Positions 9,534 through 18,813 of a stretch of DNA of 64,000 bases are shown here, piece after piece (position 1 is the stretch's first letter; every line of letters begins with the position of its first letter). The DNA comes from Candidatus Obscuribacteraceae bacterium. GTDB taxonomy: Bacteria; Cyanobacteriota; Vampirovibrionia; Obscuribacterales; Obscuribacteraceae. The notes beneath the pieces were generated by a model, which was not told where the DNA came from, searched no databases, and was given only the letters and a program-made list of their open reading frames with translations. A program made the position numbers and the translations under genes. The stretch is from assembly GCA_044226015.1 (NCBI GenBank), contig JBGAHS010000006.1:256001-320000 (forward strand), in the 5' to 3' direction.

Positions 9534-10583
9534 ATGAGCACATTCAAAGTATTCCTAAAGAGTCAATTCCCCTTATTCTTAGAAGCGTTGAAAACACAGG
9601 GAACGGTCTACGCTCCTGTGAAAGTTTCAAAAGAATCCTATTCATTTAAGGCAGTGCAAAATGCCGACGAAATAGCATTTGAAGCGCTTCGAACAATTTT
9701 GCCGCCCAAGAAATTCTTTTATCCGCAAGAAGAGAAGGTATTCAGTTACAGTGGCGACAAAATCATCGAGCCAGTGGAGAAGACAGAGTACAAGGTAATC
9801 TTCGGCATTCACCCTTGCGACCTCGCAGGCCTAGATGTACTAGATAGCATACTCACCCACGAGCCTGCGGATCCTAAGTACATTGCAAAACGCCAGCAAT
9901 CGCTAATTGTTGGATTCTCTTGCTTGCCGGACAAACATTGTTTCTGCAAATCTATGGGAAACGGCTGCCCCGACAAAGGCTACGACATGTTTCTGACTGA
10001 GCTTTCGGAACACTACTATCTCGAAATCAAGACTTCTAAAGGACTCATCTTCGCTGAAAAAGTCAGTGATATCTTGCAGCCCGTTTCAGATCAAGATAAA
10101 GACGATTACAAACGCTTCTGGCAAGAACGCGATGGTATGTTTACGAACGGCTTTGTTCCAGACAATTTGACTTCTACCTTTGAGATGGAATGGGACAATC
10201 CGATCTGGGATGAATTGGGACAGCGTTGCCTCAGCTGTGGTAATTGCACTCCAGTTTGCCCTACATGCTATTGTTTCGACCTTGTCGATATTGCAAACCT
10301 GAACGGAACCGATGGCGACCGCGTCAGACAATGGGACAGCTGCCAATTTGTCGGTTTCGCGAAGGTGGCTGGCGACTATAATTTCCGACCCACACCAGTT
10401 GATCGTTTGAAATTCTGGTATCGCCACAAACTTCATGGCTTTGAAGATGCCTATGCTTTCCGCACCTGTGTTGGTTGCGGACGGTGCACAGTTTCTTGCC
10501 CATCAGGAATTGATGACATCGTTGGAGTGGTGAAAGCCCTGCAAGAAAGCAAGGAAAAGAAAGGGGTAAAGCATCATGAATAA
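9534..10583 (+). CDS. hydB: Group 3b [NiFe]-hydrogenase Fe-S (beta) subunit, AsrA/HydB-like
   Basis: CLSCGNCTPVCPTCYCF and CVGCGRCTVSCP clusters; first gene of a beta-gamma-delta-alpha run. Confidence 0.88.
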   Translation: MSTFKVFLKSQFPLFLEALKTQGTVYAPVKVSKESYSFKAVQNADEIAFEALRTILPPKKFFYPQEEKVFSYSGDKIIEPVEKTEYKVIFGIHPCDLAGLDVLDSILTHEPADPKYIAKRQQSLIVGFSCLPDKHCFCKSMGNGCPDKGYDMFLTELSEHYYLEIKTSKGLIFAEKVSDILQPVSDQDKDDYKRFWQERDGMFTNGFVPDNLTSTFEMEWDNPIWDELGQRCLSCGNCTPVCPTCYCFDLVDIANLNGTDGDRVRQWDSCQFVGFAKVAGDYNFRPTPVDRLKFWYRHKLHGFEDAYAFRTCVGCGRCTVSCPSGIDDIVGVVKALQESKEKKGVKHHE

Positions 10584-11427
10584 CATCGCAAATCCCTACA
10601 CACCGGTTCGCTGTGTCATACGAAAAATTGTACCGATGTCGCACGATAATTTTCTCTTCGAGTTCAAGATTCCAGAAGAAGCGAACCTAAATAGTCTGCC
10701 AGGTCAATTTTTCGAACTCTGGATTCCAGGGGTTGGAGAATGTCCAATATCTGTATGCTCGGGAAGAAACTCGCATACTATACAACTTACAGTTAGAAAA
10801 GTGGGTAGAGTAACAAGCGCTCTATTCGATATGAGCGAGGGTGATTGGGTTGGACTGAGGGGTCCTTACGGAGTCGGTTTCCCTGTCGAACGCTACAAAG
10901 GACACAATCTCTGCTTAATCGCCGGCGGGTTAGGTATCGCGCCCATTCGTTCGCTACTCGAATATGTGCTCGACAATCGCGAAGACTATGGCAAACTAAC
11001 ATTGATTTATGGCATGCGGCACTCAACCGATTTGTTGTTTCGTCAGGAAATGCTGCAGTTGATGCGACGTCGCGACATCGAAGTCTTCATCGCAGCCGAA
11101 GACGTCGAAGGTCCAGCTCTGCCACCAGTAGCGGTGCAGCTCGGAAGAGTCACGGACATGATCAGACTTTCGCAAGTTGACGAAAGCTACGAAATCGCGG
11201 TGTGTGGACCACCAGTCATGTACAAGTATGTAATTGAAGACCTGAAGAAGAAGAATGTCAGCACTGAAAGAATCTGGCTATCGCTAGAAAGACATATGAA
11301 GTGCGGCATAGGAAAATGCGGTCATTGCTTTATTGGAGGCAAACTCACATGTAAGGCTGGACCGGTGTTTCCTCTGACTGACCTGCAGTTGGCTTGCGAA
11401 GTTGTCGAATGCAAAGGAGAAAGATAA
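10576..11427 (+). CDS. hydG: Group 3b hydrogenase FAD/NAD(P)-binding (gamma) subunit
   Basis: PGQF, RGPYG, AGGLGIAP, CGPPVM and MKCGIGKCGHC [2Fe-2S] motif. Confidence 0.9.
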   Translation: MNNIANPYTPVRCVIRKIVPMSHDNFLFEFKIPEEANLNSLPGQFFELWIPGVGECPISVCSGRNSHTIQLTVRKVGRVTSALFDMSEGDWVGLRGPYGVGFPVERYKGHNLCLIAGGLGIAPIRSLLEYVLDNREDYGKLTLIYGMRHSTDLLFRQEMLQLMRRRDIEVFIAAEDVEGPALPPVAVQLGRVTDMIRLSQVDESYEIAVCGPPVMYKYVIEDLKKKNVSTERIWLSLERHMKCGIGKCGHCFIGGKLTCKAGPVFPLTDLQLACEVVECKGER

Positions 11428-12197
11428 TGCCTTGCAATCCACAAGTACTCCCATGTATTGCGGTAGAAAGTCTCACAGGATGCGCTGGCGAGTTGCTAGT
11501 GATTCTTGAGAATATGGACAAGCTCTTGCCCTTTGTACGTGTAGTTAGCTTTCCATTTGCCCAAAGTCATAATGAAAACCGTCCAGTAGACATCTCGTTC
11601 GTCGAAGGCAGCGTCAGCCAACCGCATGACCTTGAGAAGTTGAAGCGAATAAGAGCCAACTCTCGCTGGTTGGTTGCCGTGGGCAACTGCGCCGTCTGGG
11701 GATGCGTCCAGAAAGGAGCCTGCACCCATTGCAAAGCAGAGACCTTGATGCATTCTGTTTATGGTGAAGATTCGAAGATTGCCGTGATGGAAGCAACGCC
11801 GCTCGAAGAACACGTGCGGGTCGACGTCAAATTATCAGGCTGTCCGATTAACGCCACTCAGTTCCTTGCAATTACAGCAAACTTGTTGCGAGATCATCTG
11901 CCACTTATCACGCACAAACCAGTTTGCCTGGAATGCAAACTAAAAGAGAATCCATGTGTTTTAATTGAAGACAATCTTCCTTGCCTGGGTCCGGTGACTT
12001 CAGCTGGATGCGGTGCCTTGTGTCCGAGCGTGGGCGCGGCGTGCTATGGTTGCTGGGGTCCCTGCGAATCTCCACAAATGGATGCCATGGCGACAGTCTT
12101 AGAGGAAAAAGGCTATCATCTCGCCGAAGTAATGAGTCGATTGCACACATTTGGTGCACCAGAAGACATGTTCACACGAATGGTCAGGAAAAACTAA
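11427..12197 (+). CDS. hydD: Group 3b hydrogenase small (delta) subunit
   Basis: LTGCAGE, VEGSV, GNCA, SGCP, VCLEC, CLGPVT.AGC.ALCP, CYGCWG; ATG overlaps the upstream stop. Confidence 0.9.
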   Translation: MPCNPQVLPCIAVESLTGCAGELLVILENMDKLLPFVRVVSFPFAQSHNENRPVDISFVEGSVSQPHDLEKLKRIRANSRWLVAVGNCAVWGCVQKGACTHCKAETLMHSVYGEDSKIAVMEATPLEEHVRVDVKLSGCPINATQFLAITANLLRDHLPLITHKPVCLECKLKENPCVLIEDNLPCLGPVTSAGCGALCPSVGAACYGCWGPCESPQMDAMATVLEEKGYHLAEVMSRLHTFGAPEDMFTRMVRKN

Positions 12198-13510
12198 TGA
12201 GCGAGCAAGAGAAAAAAGTAATCGAAATTCCCGAGATTTCCCGAGTCGAAGGGCACTCCGCTGTGACTATTGACCTGGTTGATGGCAAAGTTTCAGAGGT
12301 GAAACTTGATGTCTTTGAAGGCACACGTTTTTTCGAAAAGATAGTGCTCGGGCACAAATATAGTGAGGTTATTCACATTACATCTCGCGTCTGCGCGATA
12401 TGTTCGACAGGGCATGTTATTGCGGCAGCGAACGCGGTCGAGAATGCTTTCGGAATAAAGCTATCAGAAAGAGCGTTGCTGCTCCGCGAATTAATGCATC
12501 TAGGCATGATCATCGAGTCCCACGCCACGCACATCTGCGCACTGGCTCTGCCAGACTTTGTGGGTGCTGGAACCCTATATGAATTAGCCTCTAAGCATGA
12601 AGCAGAATTCCAGATATGGACACAACTTCGTGCATTAGGAGCCGAGGTTCAAACTGTAGTTGGTGGGCGTCCATTCCATCCGGTCAATATTAAGGTCGGC
12701 GGATTCTCACGTTTTCCCGATGCAGCTGAGCTGAATGCACTTCTGCCAAAACTCGAAGAGGGCTTGCCTCTGGCAGAATCACTGGCTCACCTGCTTCTGA
12801 CCTTCAAGTTGCCCGTTGAGAAGACCGCGCCTGCAACTTTCGTAGCGCTGAAACCGCCTGGAGATATTTACGGTTATTTCGGAACCGAGGTTCAATCTAG
12901 CGATGATTGGAGCGCACCAATTAGCGAGTACAAGAAATACTTAAATGAAAAAGTGGTATCACATAGCCACGCCAAGCGTTCAATGATCAAAGACAAACCA
13001 ATAATGGTCGGTTCGCTTGCACGTCTTAGATTTTATGCCGATAGGTTGAAACCACGAGCGCGCGCAATTTATGTAAACACAGAAATTGCAAAAGGCAATT
13101 TCAACACCTTGCTCAACAATATTGCACAATCGATTGAGGTTGTCGAAGCCATTGAGCGAGCAAAAGAAGTTATTCAACTCATCGCGCAATCAAATGAGCA
13201 CGAGCATTCAGCGGAAGTAAAGATTCGCAGCACAGAAGGCGTGGGCGCCGTCGAGTGCCCGAGAGGAACGCTCTACCATTGCTACTCGTTTGATGAATCG
13301 GGAGCAGTCGTTGCAGCGGATATGATTACTCCTTCAGCACAAAATACGGCACGAATTGAACAAGACATAGCTTTCGTGGTCGACAACATTGGTCAACCAG
13401 AGGATGCGGTTCTTCAAGCAAGGTTAGAGACACTCGTTCGCGCCTACGACCCATGCAATACCTGCGCCACTCATATGGTCACAGTAAATCACAAAAGAAC
13501 ACAAGGATAA
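12197..13510 (+). CDS. hydA: Group 3b [NiFe]-hydrogenase large (alpha) subunit
   Basis: SRVEGH, L1 RVCAICSTGH, ECPRG, L2 RAYDPCNTCATH, plus a cleavable C-terminal extension. Confidence 0.95.
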   Translation: MSEQEKKVIEIPEISRVEGHSAVTIDLVDGKVSEVKLDVFEGTRFFEKIVLGHKYSEVIHITSRVCAICSTGHVIAAANAVENAFGIKLSERALLLRELMHLGMIIESHATHICALALPDFVGAGTLYELASKHEAEFQIWTQLRALGAEVQTVVGGRPFHPVNIKVGGFSRFPDAAELNALLPKLEEGLPLAESLAHLLLTFKLPVEKTAPATFVALKPPGDIYGYFGTEVQSSDDWSAPISEYKKYLNEKVVSHSHAKRSMIKDKPIMVGSLARLRFYADRLKPRARAIYVNTEIAKGNFNTLLNNIAQSIEVVEAIERAKEVIQLIAQSNEHEHSAEVKIRSTEGVGAVECPRGTLYHCYSFDESGAVVAADMITPSAQNTARIEQDIAFVVDNIGQPEDAVLQARLETLVRAYDPCNTCATHMVTVNHKRTQG

Positions 13511-13515
13511 GAGAG

Positions 13516-14832
13516 ATGAACACGCTTATGCGTTCCGATTGGTTGCAAGACTACAAATCTAAATTGTGTACAGCTGAAGAAGCTGTGCGCGTAATCAAAT
13601 CGGGAGATACCGTTTACATTCATTCGCACGCTGCATCTCCTGAACTACTCAAAGATGCGATGGTTAAGCGCGCTTCTGAATTGCGCGACGTGAAGATTCT
13701 TCATTTGATGACTCTGGGCAAGGCAGATTATGCAAAGCCTGAGTATCACGACAATTTTCGCATCAAGGCACTATTTATCGGTTCAAACATACGTAAAGCA
13801 GTCAACGAAGGACGAGCTGAATACATCCCAATATTCTTAAGCGAAATTCCTTATCTTATTGAATCAGGTGAGATGCCTGTTGATGTTTGCATGCTTCAGG
13901 TATCGCCACCAGATGCGCATGGGTATTGCAGCTATGGAGTCTCCGTAGATTGCTCAATTGCAGCACGAAAACGGGCGAAGATTGTAATTGCTCAGGTGAA
14001 TAAGAGGATGCCGCGCACTCTGGGACGCTCATTTGTCCATGTCAGCCGTCTGAATCACATTGTAGAAATGGACCAACCGTTGTTCGAGTTGCAAGCAGAA
14101 ATGCCTAGTGAAGACGAGTCTATCCTCGGTAAGTATGTTGCAGACCTCGTTGAGGATGAAGCCACAATTCAATTAGGAATTGGCACCATACCAAATGCAA
14201 TTCTGAAAGAACTCAAAAATAAAAAACGGTTAGGCGTTCACAGTGAAATGTTATCCGACGGCATTGTCGACCTCATTGATGCTGGAGTAATCACGAACGA
14301 GGCAAAGACGGTTTATCCAGGTAAAGTAGCGGTGAGCTTTGTTCTAGGCACGCAGAGGCTTTACGATTTCGTTGACAACAACCCACTCTTCGAATTTCAG
14401 CCATCTGACTTCATTAATGACCCTTTCACCATTTCTAGAAACCATAAGATGACTGCCATTAACTCAGCGCTTCAAGTGGACGTCACCGGACAGGTGGAAG
14501 CAGCGTCGATTGGCTCGTATTTGTACAGTGGTTTTGGAGGACAGGTCGACTTCATCAGAGGAGCAAGTCGGGCACGGCAGGGAAAAGCAATCATAGCGCT
14601 TCCTTCCACTGCCAAGAACGGCACTGTCTCACGAATTAAAGCCAGCCTTGTTCCTGGTGCAGGAGTAATCACAACAAGGGCTGATGTTCATTATGTTGTC
14701 ACCGAATATGGTGTCGCTCAGCTCTTCGGCAGAACACTTAAAGAGAGAGCCCGAGCAATGGTGGAAATAGCCCACCCTAAATTCAGAGAAAGTCTCGAAA
14801 AGGAAATCGCAGCATTCAAGTGGCTTCTTTAG
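13516..14832 (+). CDS. Acetyl-CoA hydrolase/transferase family (4-hydroxybutyrate CoA-transferase-like)
   Basis: VSPPDAHG, QLGIG, HSEM (catalytic Glu), SGFGGQVDFIRGA, VVTEYG, IAHPKFR. Confidence 0.92.
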   Translation: MNTLMRSDWLQDYKSKLCTAEEAVRVIKSGDTVYIHSHAASPELLKDAMVKRASELRDVKILHLMTLGKADYAKPEYHDNFRIKALFIGSNIRKAVNEGRAEYIPIFLSEIPYLIESGEMPVDVCMLQVSPPDAHGYCSYGVSVDCSIAARKRAKIVIAQVNKRMPRTLGRSFVHVSRLNHIVEMDQPLFELQAEMPSEDESILGKYVADLVEDEATIQLGIGTIPNAILKELKNKKRLGVHSEMLSDGIVDLIDAGVITNEAKTVYPGKVAVSFVLGTQRLYDFVDNNPLFEFQPSDFINDPFTISRNHKMTAINSALQVDVTGQVEAASIGSYLYSGFGGQVDFIRGASRARQGKAIIALPSTAKNGTVSRIKASLVPGAGVITTRADVHYVVTEYGVAQLFGRTLKERARAMVEIAHPKFRESLEKEIAAFKWLL

Positions 14833-14863
14833 CTGACAAGTAAATTTACTCTTGGCAAAATGG

Positions 14864-14897
14864 GACCATGATCTTACAAAAATGTGAGATCATGGTT
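14864..14897 (+). terminator. Hairpin downstream of the hydrogenase/CoA-transferase operon
   Basis: gaccatgatcttaca-aaaa-tgtgagatcatggtt; 15-bp stem with G-U pairs; weak U-tract. Confidence 0.55.
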
Positions 14898-14996
14898 CGG
14901 CTTTGTTTCATCTATTCGAGGCGAAGTAAGAGTTGGCGGCAGCTTAGCCGTCTCCTGCTTTCGCCACGTCGATCTAATGTTTGAAAGGCTTCACCA

Positions 14997-16622
14997 ATGT
15001 CACCATCAAAGAATTCCAGTTTACTACTGGCAATTTCCACAGTAATTGCACTAAGTTCCATCGTGCTATCAGCATCAGGGGCTGACAAGGAAGAAAGCGC
15101 AAGCTCAAGAAATAAGAAAGATGCAATAACTGAATTAGTGCTATCTGACGCAAAATCAATTCCACGCACACCTCTACAATTTTTGAAAAAGATCAAAGAT
15201 GCAGGGCTGAAGGTGAAATACCACATTGTTTCAAATGGTGGCATCCAAAACACTGAACGCGGTAGTTTCTCCTGCTTTGGCACAGTAAGCGGAAAACTGG
15301 GGAGCATCGAACTGGAAGATCAAGACTTCTCGTTTGGTATTTTTATAGAACCAGACAAAACCAAAGTACTCGAAGTACAAAACGACTTCGGCACCAAACT
15401 ATTGGTAGAGGTCATAGTTAAAGATTTCAATTCTGGTCAAAAGGACTTCTGGGAATTAATTGGCGAACCCGAAAAGAAAACGGCTAACTGGCATTTCAGA
15501 ACTAATACTGATGGTATATTCGCAGACACGGCTCGCTTGAATATGTGCGTTGAACCAAAGATGCCGGCGTCTCAGCTCTTCGGCAATGTATCTCGCTGCT
15601 CAGGCTGCCACACAAGCGGCGATATGGTCATGAAAGAATTAAATGGAGACCATAACGACTGGATGAAACCCGGTAAAGACAATGTCCAGGCAGCCATCGG
15701 AAATTTCAAGCTTGAAAGTGGAAGCGACGAAAATAGCACCAAGCAAGTCGCAAACATGATGTTTCATCAAGCACTTGAGCCTGAAGATTTAGCTGCAACT
15801 GTGCGAAAGAGTCTCAAATCAGCAGTAAGAGATGTTGCCTTCGCAAAAGCATCGCAGCTTTCAGACAAGCAGCGCCTTCGGAGCCTGCTTGCACCAATGG
15901 AAATGAATCTGGAGTCAGATAGTATTCCTTTTGCAACTCGAATACAGAAGGATGAAGCCATTGAAATACCATCAAAGTTTTTCGTGGACGAGAGAATCAC
16001 GGGGCATCAAGACCCAATTAAAGTTCCAGTAAAACTATATGCAAAGGTTCTAAATGAGTTAGGCTCAAGCTTTGCAGCTGATGAGACTAAAGGACTTTTG
16101 GAAACACAACATGCATTTCTCTTTCCTACGAGATCTGCAGCTGACGAAAACGCAATTGATGAGCTAATCAAGCAAGGAAAACTTGATCACGAAACGGAGA
16201 TTGCTTTATTGTCTGTCGATTGGACAACACCAATGTATTCGCGAAAGAGACAGGCTCTTATAGAGAAATTGCCAGACAAGATTGCAAATGCGACGACGCT
16301 TAAGCAAGCGCTCAAATCGGATTTAGCAAAATCAAGTCCTGCTGAAAAACAAAAGAGCGCTGCGATTCAATTCCTAAATCTCTGTCGTTCTAAGGCGTCT
16401 TCGCCTGAACACATCACAGCATGGGTTAAACTTGCAGCTCAGCGCAGGGTAGAGATTCAAGCGGCGCAAACATCCCAGAACAAGCGTGGCACTATCCTCG
16501 AAGGTGGACTAGGTCCTGGCGGATTCCGCAGAATTTTCCCGCAGTATAAGACACTCAATCCCAAACCTTACGAATTCACGCTTGACCCCAAAACCGCCCT
16601 GCTAAGCGCATCAGCAAAGTAA
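14997..16622 (+). CDS. Secreted protein with a single CxxCH motif (putative c-type cytochrome)
   Basis: Hydrophobic signal peptide; RCSGCHTSG. Confidence 0.6.
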   Translation: MSPSKNSSLLLAISTVIALSSIVLSASGADKEESASSRNKKDAITELVLSDAKSIPRTPLQFLKKIKDAGLKVKYHIVSNGGIQNTERGSFSCFGTVSGKLGSIELEDQDFSFGIFIEPDKTKVLEVQNDFGTKLLVEVIVKDFNSGQKDFWELIGEPEKKTANWHFRTNTDGIFADTARLNMCVEPKMPASQLFGNVSRCSGCHTSGDMVMKELNGDHNDWMKPGKDNVQAAIGNFKLESGSDENSTKQVANMMFHQALEPEDLAATVRKSLKSAVRDVAFAKASQLSDKQRLRSLLAPMEMNLESDSIPFATRIQKDEAIEIPSKFFVDERITGHQDPIKVPVKLYAKVLNELGSSFAADETKGLLETQHAFLFPTRSAADENAIDELIKQGKLDHETEIALLSVDWTTPMYSRKRQALIEKLPDKIANATTLKQALKSDLAKSSPAEKQKSAAIQFLNLCRSKASSPEHITAWVKLAAQRRVEIQAAQTSQNKRGTILEGGLGPGGFRRIFPQYKTLNPKPYEFTLDPKTALLSASAK

Positions 16623-16768
16623 GGTACCTGGACAAGATTGCACTGGAAGCAACTTACCGACCAGTTGCCTGGTGAAATCTACAGCAAAAACCATCTATTT
16701 AACAAAAACGTCCCGATTTTGAGGTATGTTGGAGTAATAGGAGCTAATTGGTCACTCTGGGGTTGCTT

Positions 16769-17419
16769 ATGAATCGTCCTCATCTTCGCAAAATCCTGAT
16801 TGCTGGAACAGCACTACTGCTGAGCGGAATGGCAGCGTCAAGCTGCTTTGCCCAGGAAGGGGAATCGGATTCCGACCGCGCCGCCAGAGAGGAAGAGGCT
16901 CGCAAGCTCATGGAACAGAGCCAGATGTCACTTCCAGAGCTGATGAAAGCTGGTATTGCGCCCGATATGCCGTTGCCAGAAAGCCCATCAGAAGAGGAGA
17001 AACAACGACAAATCGGTGATTCTCAGGGTGGAAGACCTAGTTTTGGACCAGGCAATTATCCTGAAAGACAACAATATCGCCCGCCTACGAGATTCGATGC
17101 AATGCAGCCACAACAGCGCCCACCAGCAGGAGCAGCCTCGCCAGCACCGGGAGAGAGCACGCCTGAAGCATTTGCAGGGAGACAGCAGCAGAATGGTCAA
17201 CAAAATGCGCAGAAAGCAGCCACCCCTCCGCCGGTAGTACCGCAAGAACAGCGTTCTGCATTTTCAGCAGTTCCTCCAGATGAAAACTCAGATGGAATTG
17301 TGCAATTTCCAATTCTTCCGCCAAAGTTCCGCGGAGCCTACTTAAAAGAAGAGGAGCCAGCGGCACCAGCACCATCTGCCCCGGCTGAACCGCAGCAGTC
17401 CGTTACTGAAGGCTTCTAA
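16769..17419 (+). CDS. Secreted Pro/Gln-rich hypothetical protein
   Basis: Signal peptide ending CFA-Q; low-complexity body. Confidence 0.7.
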   Translation: MNRPHLRKILIAGTALLLSGMAASSCFAQEGESDSDRAAREEEARKLMEQSQMSLPELMKAGIAPDMPLPESPSEEEKQRQIGDSQGGRPSFGPGNYPERQQYRPPTRFDAMQPQQRPPAGAASPAPGESTPEAFAGRQQQNGQQNAQKAATPPPVVPQEQRSAFSAVPPDENSDGIVQFPILPPKFRGAYLKEEEPAAPAPSAPAEPQQSVTEGF

Positions 17420-17461
17420 ATTCGCAAGAAAAATAGCAGCGAAAAGAGGCAATCTAGAAAA

Positions 17462-17629
17462 ATGCTAGTGAAACTGAGAAAGCACAATCCAGTTGCGTGC
17501 CTATTACTGCTCGTACTTGCTATTATTTCCTGCGCTATATTCCTGAATTCCAAGGAAGCCTTCCTTGCTGGATACACAAACCGATGGATTAACGATGGAA
17601 GTATGGACGGCTTCAAATCCTCGAATTGA
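17462..17629 (+). CDS. Small single-TM protein (55 aa), not in the ORF track
   Basis: MLVKLRKHNPVACLLLLVLAIISCAIFLNSKEAFLAGYTNRWINDGSMDGFKSSN*; AAGAGG upstream; fills the gap before a terminator. Confidence 0.45.
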   Translation: MLVKLRKHNPVACLLLLVLAIISCAIFLNSKEAFLAGYTNRWINDGSMDGFKSSN

Positions 17630-17661
17630 GATAAGTATTTGAAACGTGTAAGGGAATGCCT

Positions 17662-17696
17662 AAAAAAAGAGAGCACTCCCTTAGGAATGCTCTCTT
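17662..17696 (-). terminator. Intrinsic terminator after the esterase gene
   Basis: Minus strand AAGAGAGCATTCC-TAAG-GGAGTGCTCTCTT followed by a T run. Confidence 0.85.
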
Positions 17697-17715
17697 GATT
17701 GATGATTCTGAAAAA

Positions 17716-18447
17716 CTAGTTCCAGTCTTGCGAATCTGGTCCACCAATGTACATCAGAACTTGTTGATGCCACCATGGCCAATCATGCGCAAAACCGTCC
17801 CACTCACGATATGCGTGCCAAACACCTTTGTTCCAGAGTGATTGCGAGAACTGACGGTTCTCTTCGATAGCTGGGTCTTCCTTGCCTATCGAAATAATCA
17901 AATCCATATTCTTGATTTGATCGAGCTTGCCGTTGTCTTGCCCGCGAATAAATTCAAAAGGATTTCCCTGATAAATGGCTTCATCATCGTAACCGCCAGT
18001 CCACTGGCGAATGTCATAGATGCCGCTCATTGAAATGACGCGGTTGAAATGTTCAGGAAAGCGCAAGCCGATGCTAGCTGCATGGTAAGCACCCATACTG
18101 GCTCCCATAGCCATTGCAAAGCCATTATCATTCTTCGATTTCGAGAATGGAATCACTTCATTGATAACATAATCATGGTATTGCAAGTGTCGAACAGCCT
18201 TATCGTGTGGCGAAGCCCAACCGTTGTCCCAGCTCTCAGGGTCTACGCTATCGATACTGTAAATCTGAATCCAACCGTTGTTGATGTGACGCGAGAGTGT
18301 GTCGAACATGCCACGGTTTTCCCAGTCAAAATATCGTCCTGACTGTGTAGGAAACACAAATACTCTTGCACCAGCGTGCCCGAAAACCAGTAACTCCATA
18401 TCGCGATTGAGGTGGTTGCTATGCCACTTGTGGTATTCCCTATGCAT
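17716..18447 (-). CDS. Alpha/beta-hydrolase (putative esterase family)
   Basis: FGHAG..VFVFPT, GASMG nucleophile elbow, AHDWPWW. Confidence 0.88.
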   Translation of the reverse strand: MHREYHKWHSNHLNRDMELLVFGHAGARVFVFPTQSGRYFDWENRGMFDTLSRHINNGWIQIYSIDSVDPESWDNGWASPHDKAVRHLQYHDYVINEVIPFSKSKNDNGFAMAMGASMGAYHAASIGLRFPEHFNRVISMSGIYDIRQWTGGYDDEAIYQGNPFEFIRGQDNGKLDQIKNMDLIISIGKEDPAIEENRQFSQSLWNKGVWHAYREWDGFAHDWPWWHQQVLMYIGGPDSQDWN

Positions 18448-18813
18448 TATCTGTTCCTTTGTAGCCTACTTGGGACGAGTTGGAGATTGTACCATGCATG
18501 ATCAGAGCCCAATCCTAGTCAATAAGCCTGTATTGCAAACTTTTACGTTTAATCTCTGCCAAGCGACATCCACAAAGGGTCGACTGCTCGAAGTTTTGAC
18601 GCATCCTGGCTAAGCTTGCAGGATGTGTTTTAGAAGCAGGTTCCGCTTGGAATCACAGCCAACGGAGAAGATTTGCTGTAGAAAACTTCTAGGAGCATCG
18701 TCTTACAAACAAGGACAAGAGTATGAGTCTGCAATACGGAAAAAAGCGAGGTGGAAAGCTGCCAGGGAGTGCTCCTATCGCCGCAGGCAACTAAGAATAG
18801 TGAATGAGAATCG

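Noticed and set aside
9534..11427. Anaerobic sulfite reductase asrAB
   Set aside because: The genes are followed by NiFe small and large subunits rather than asrC, so they are hydrogenase beta and gamma subunits.
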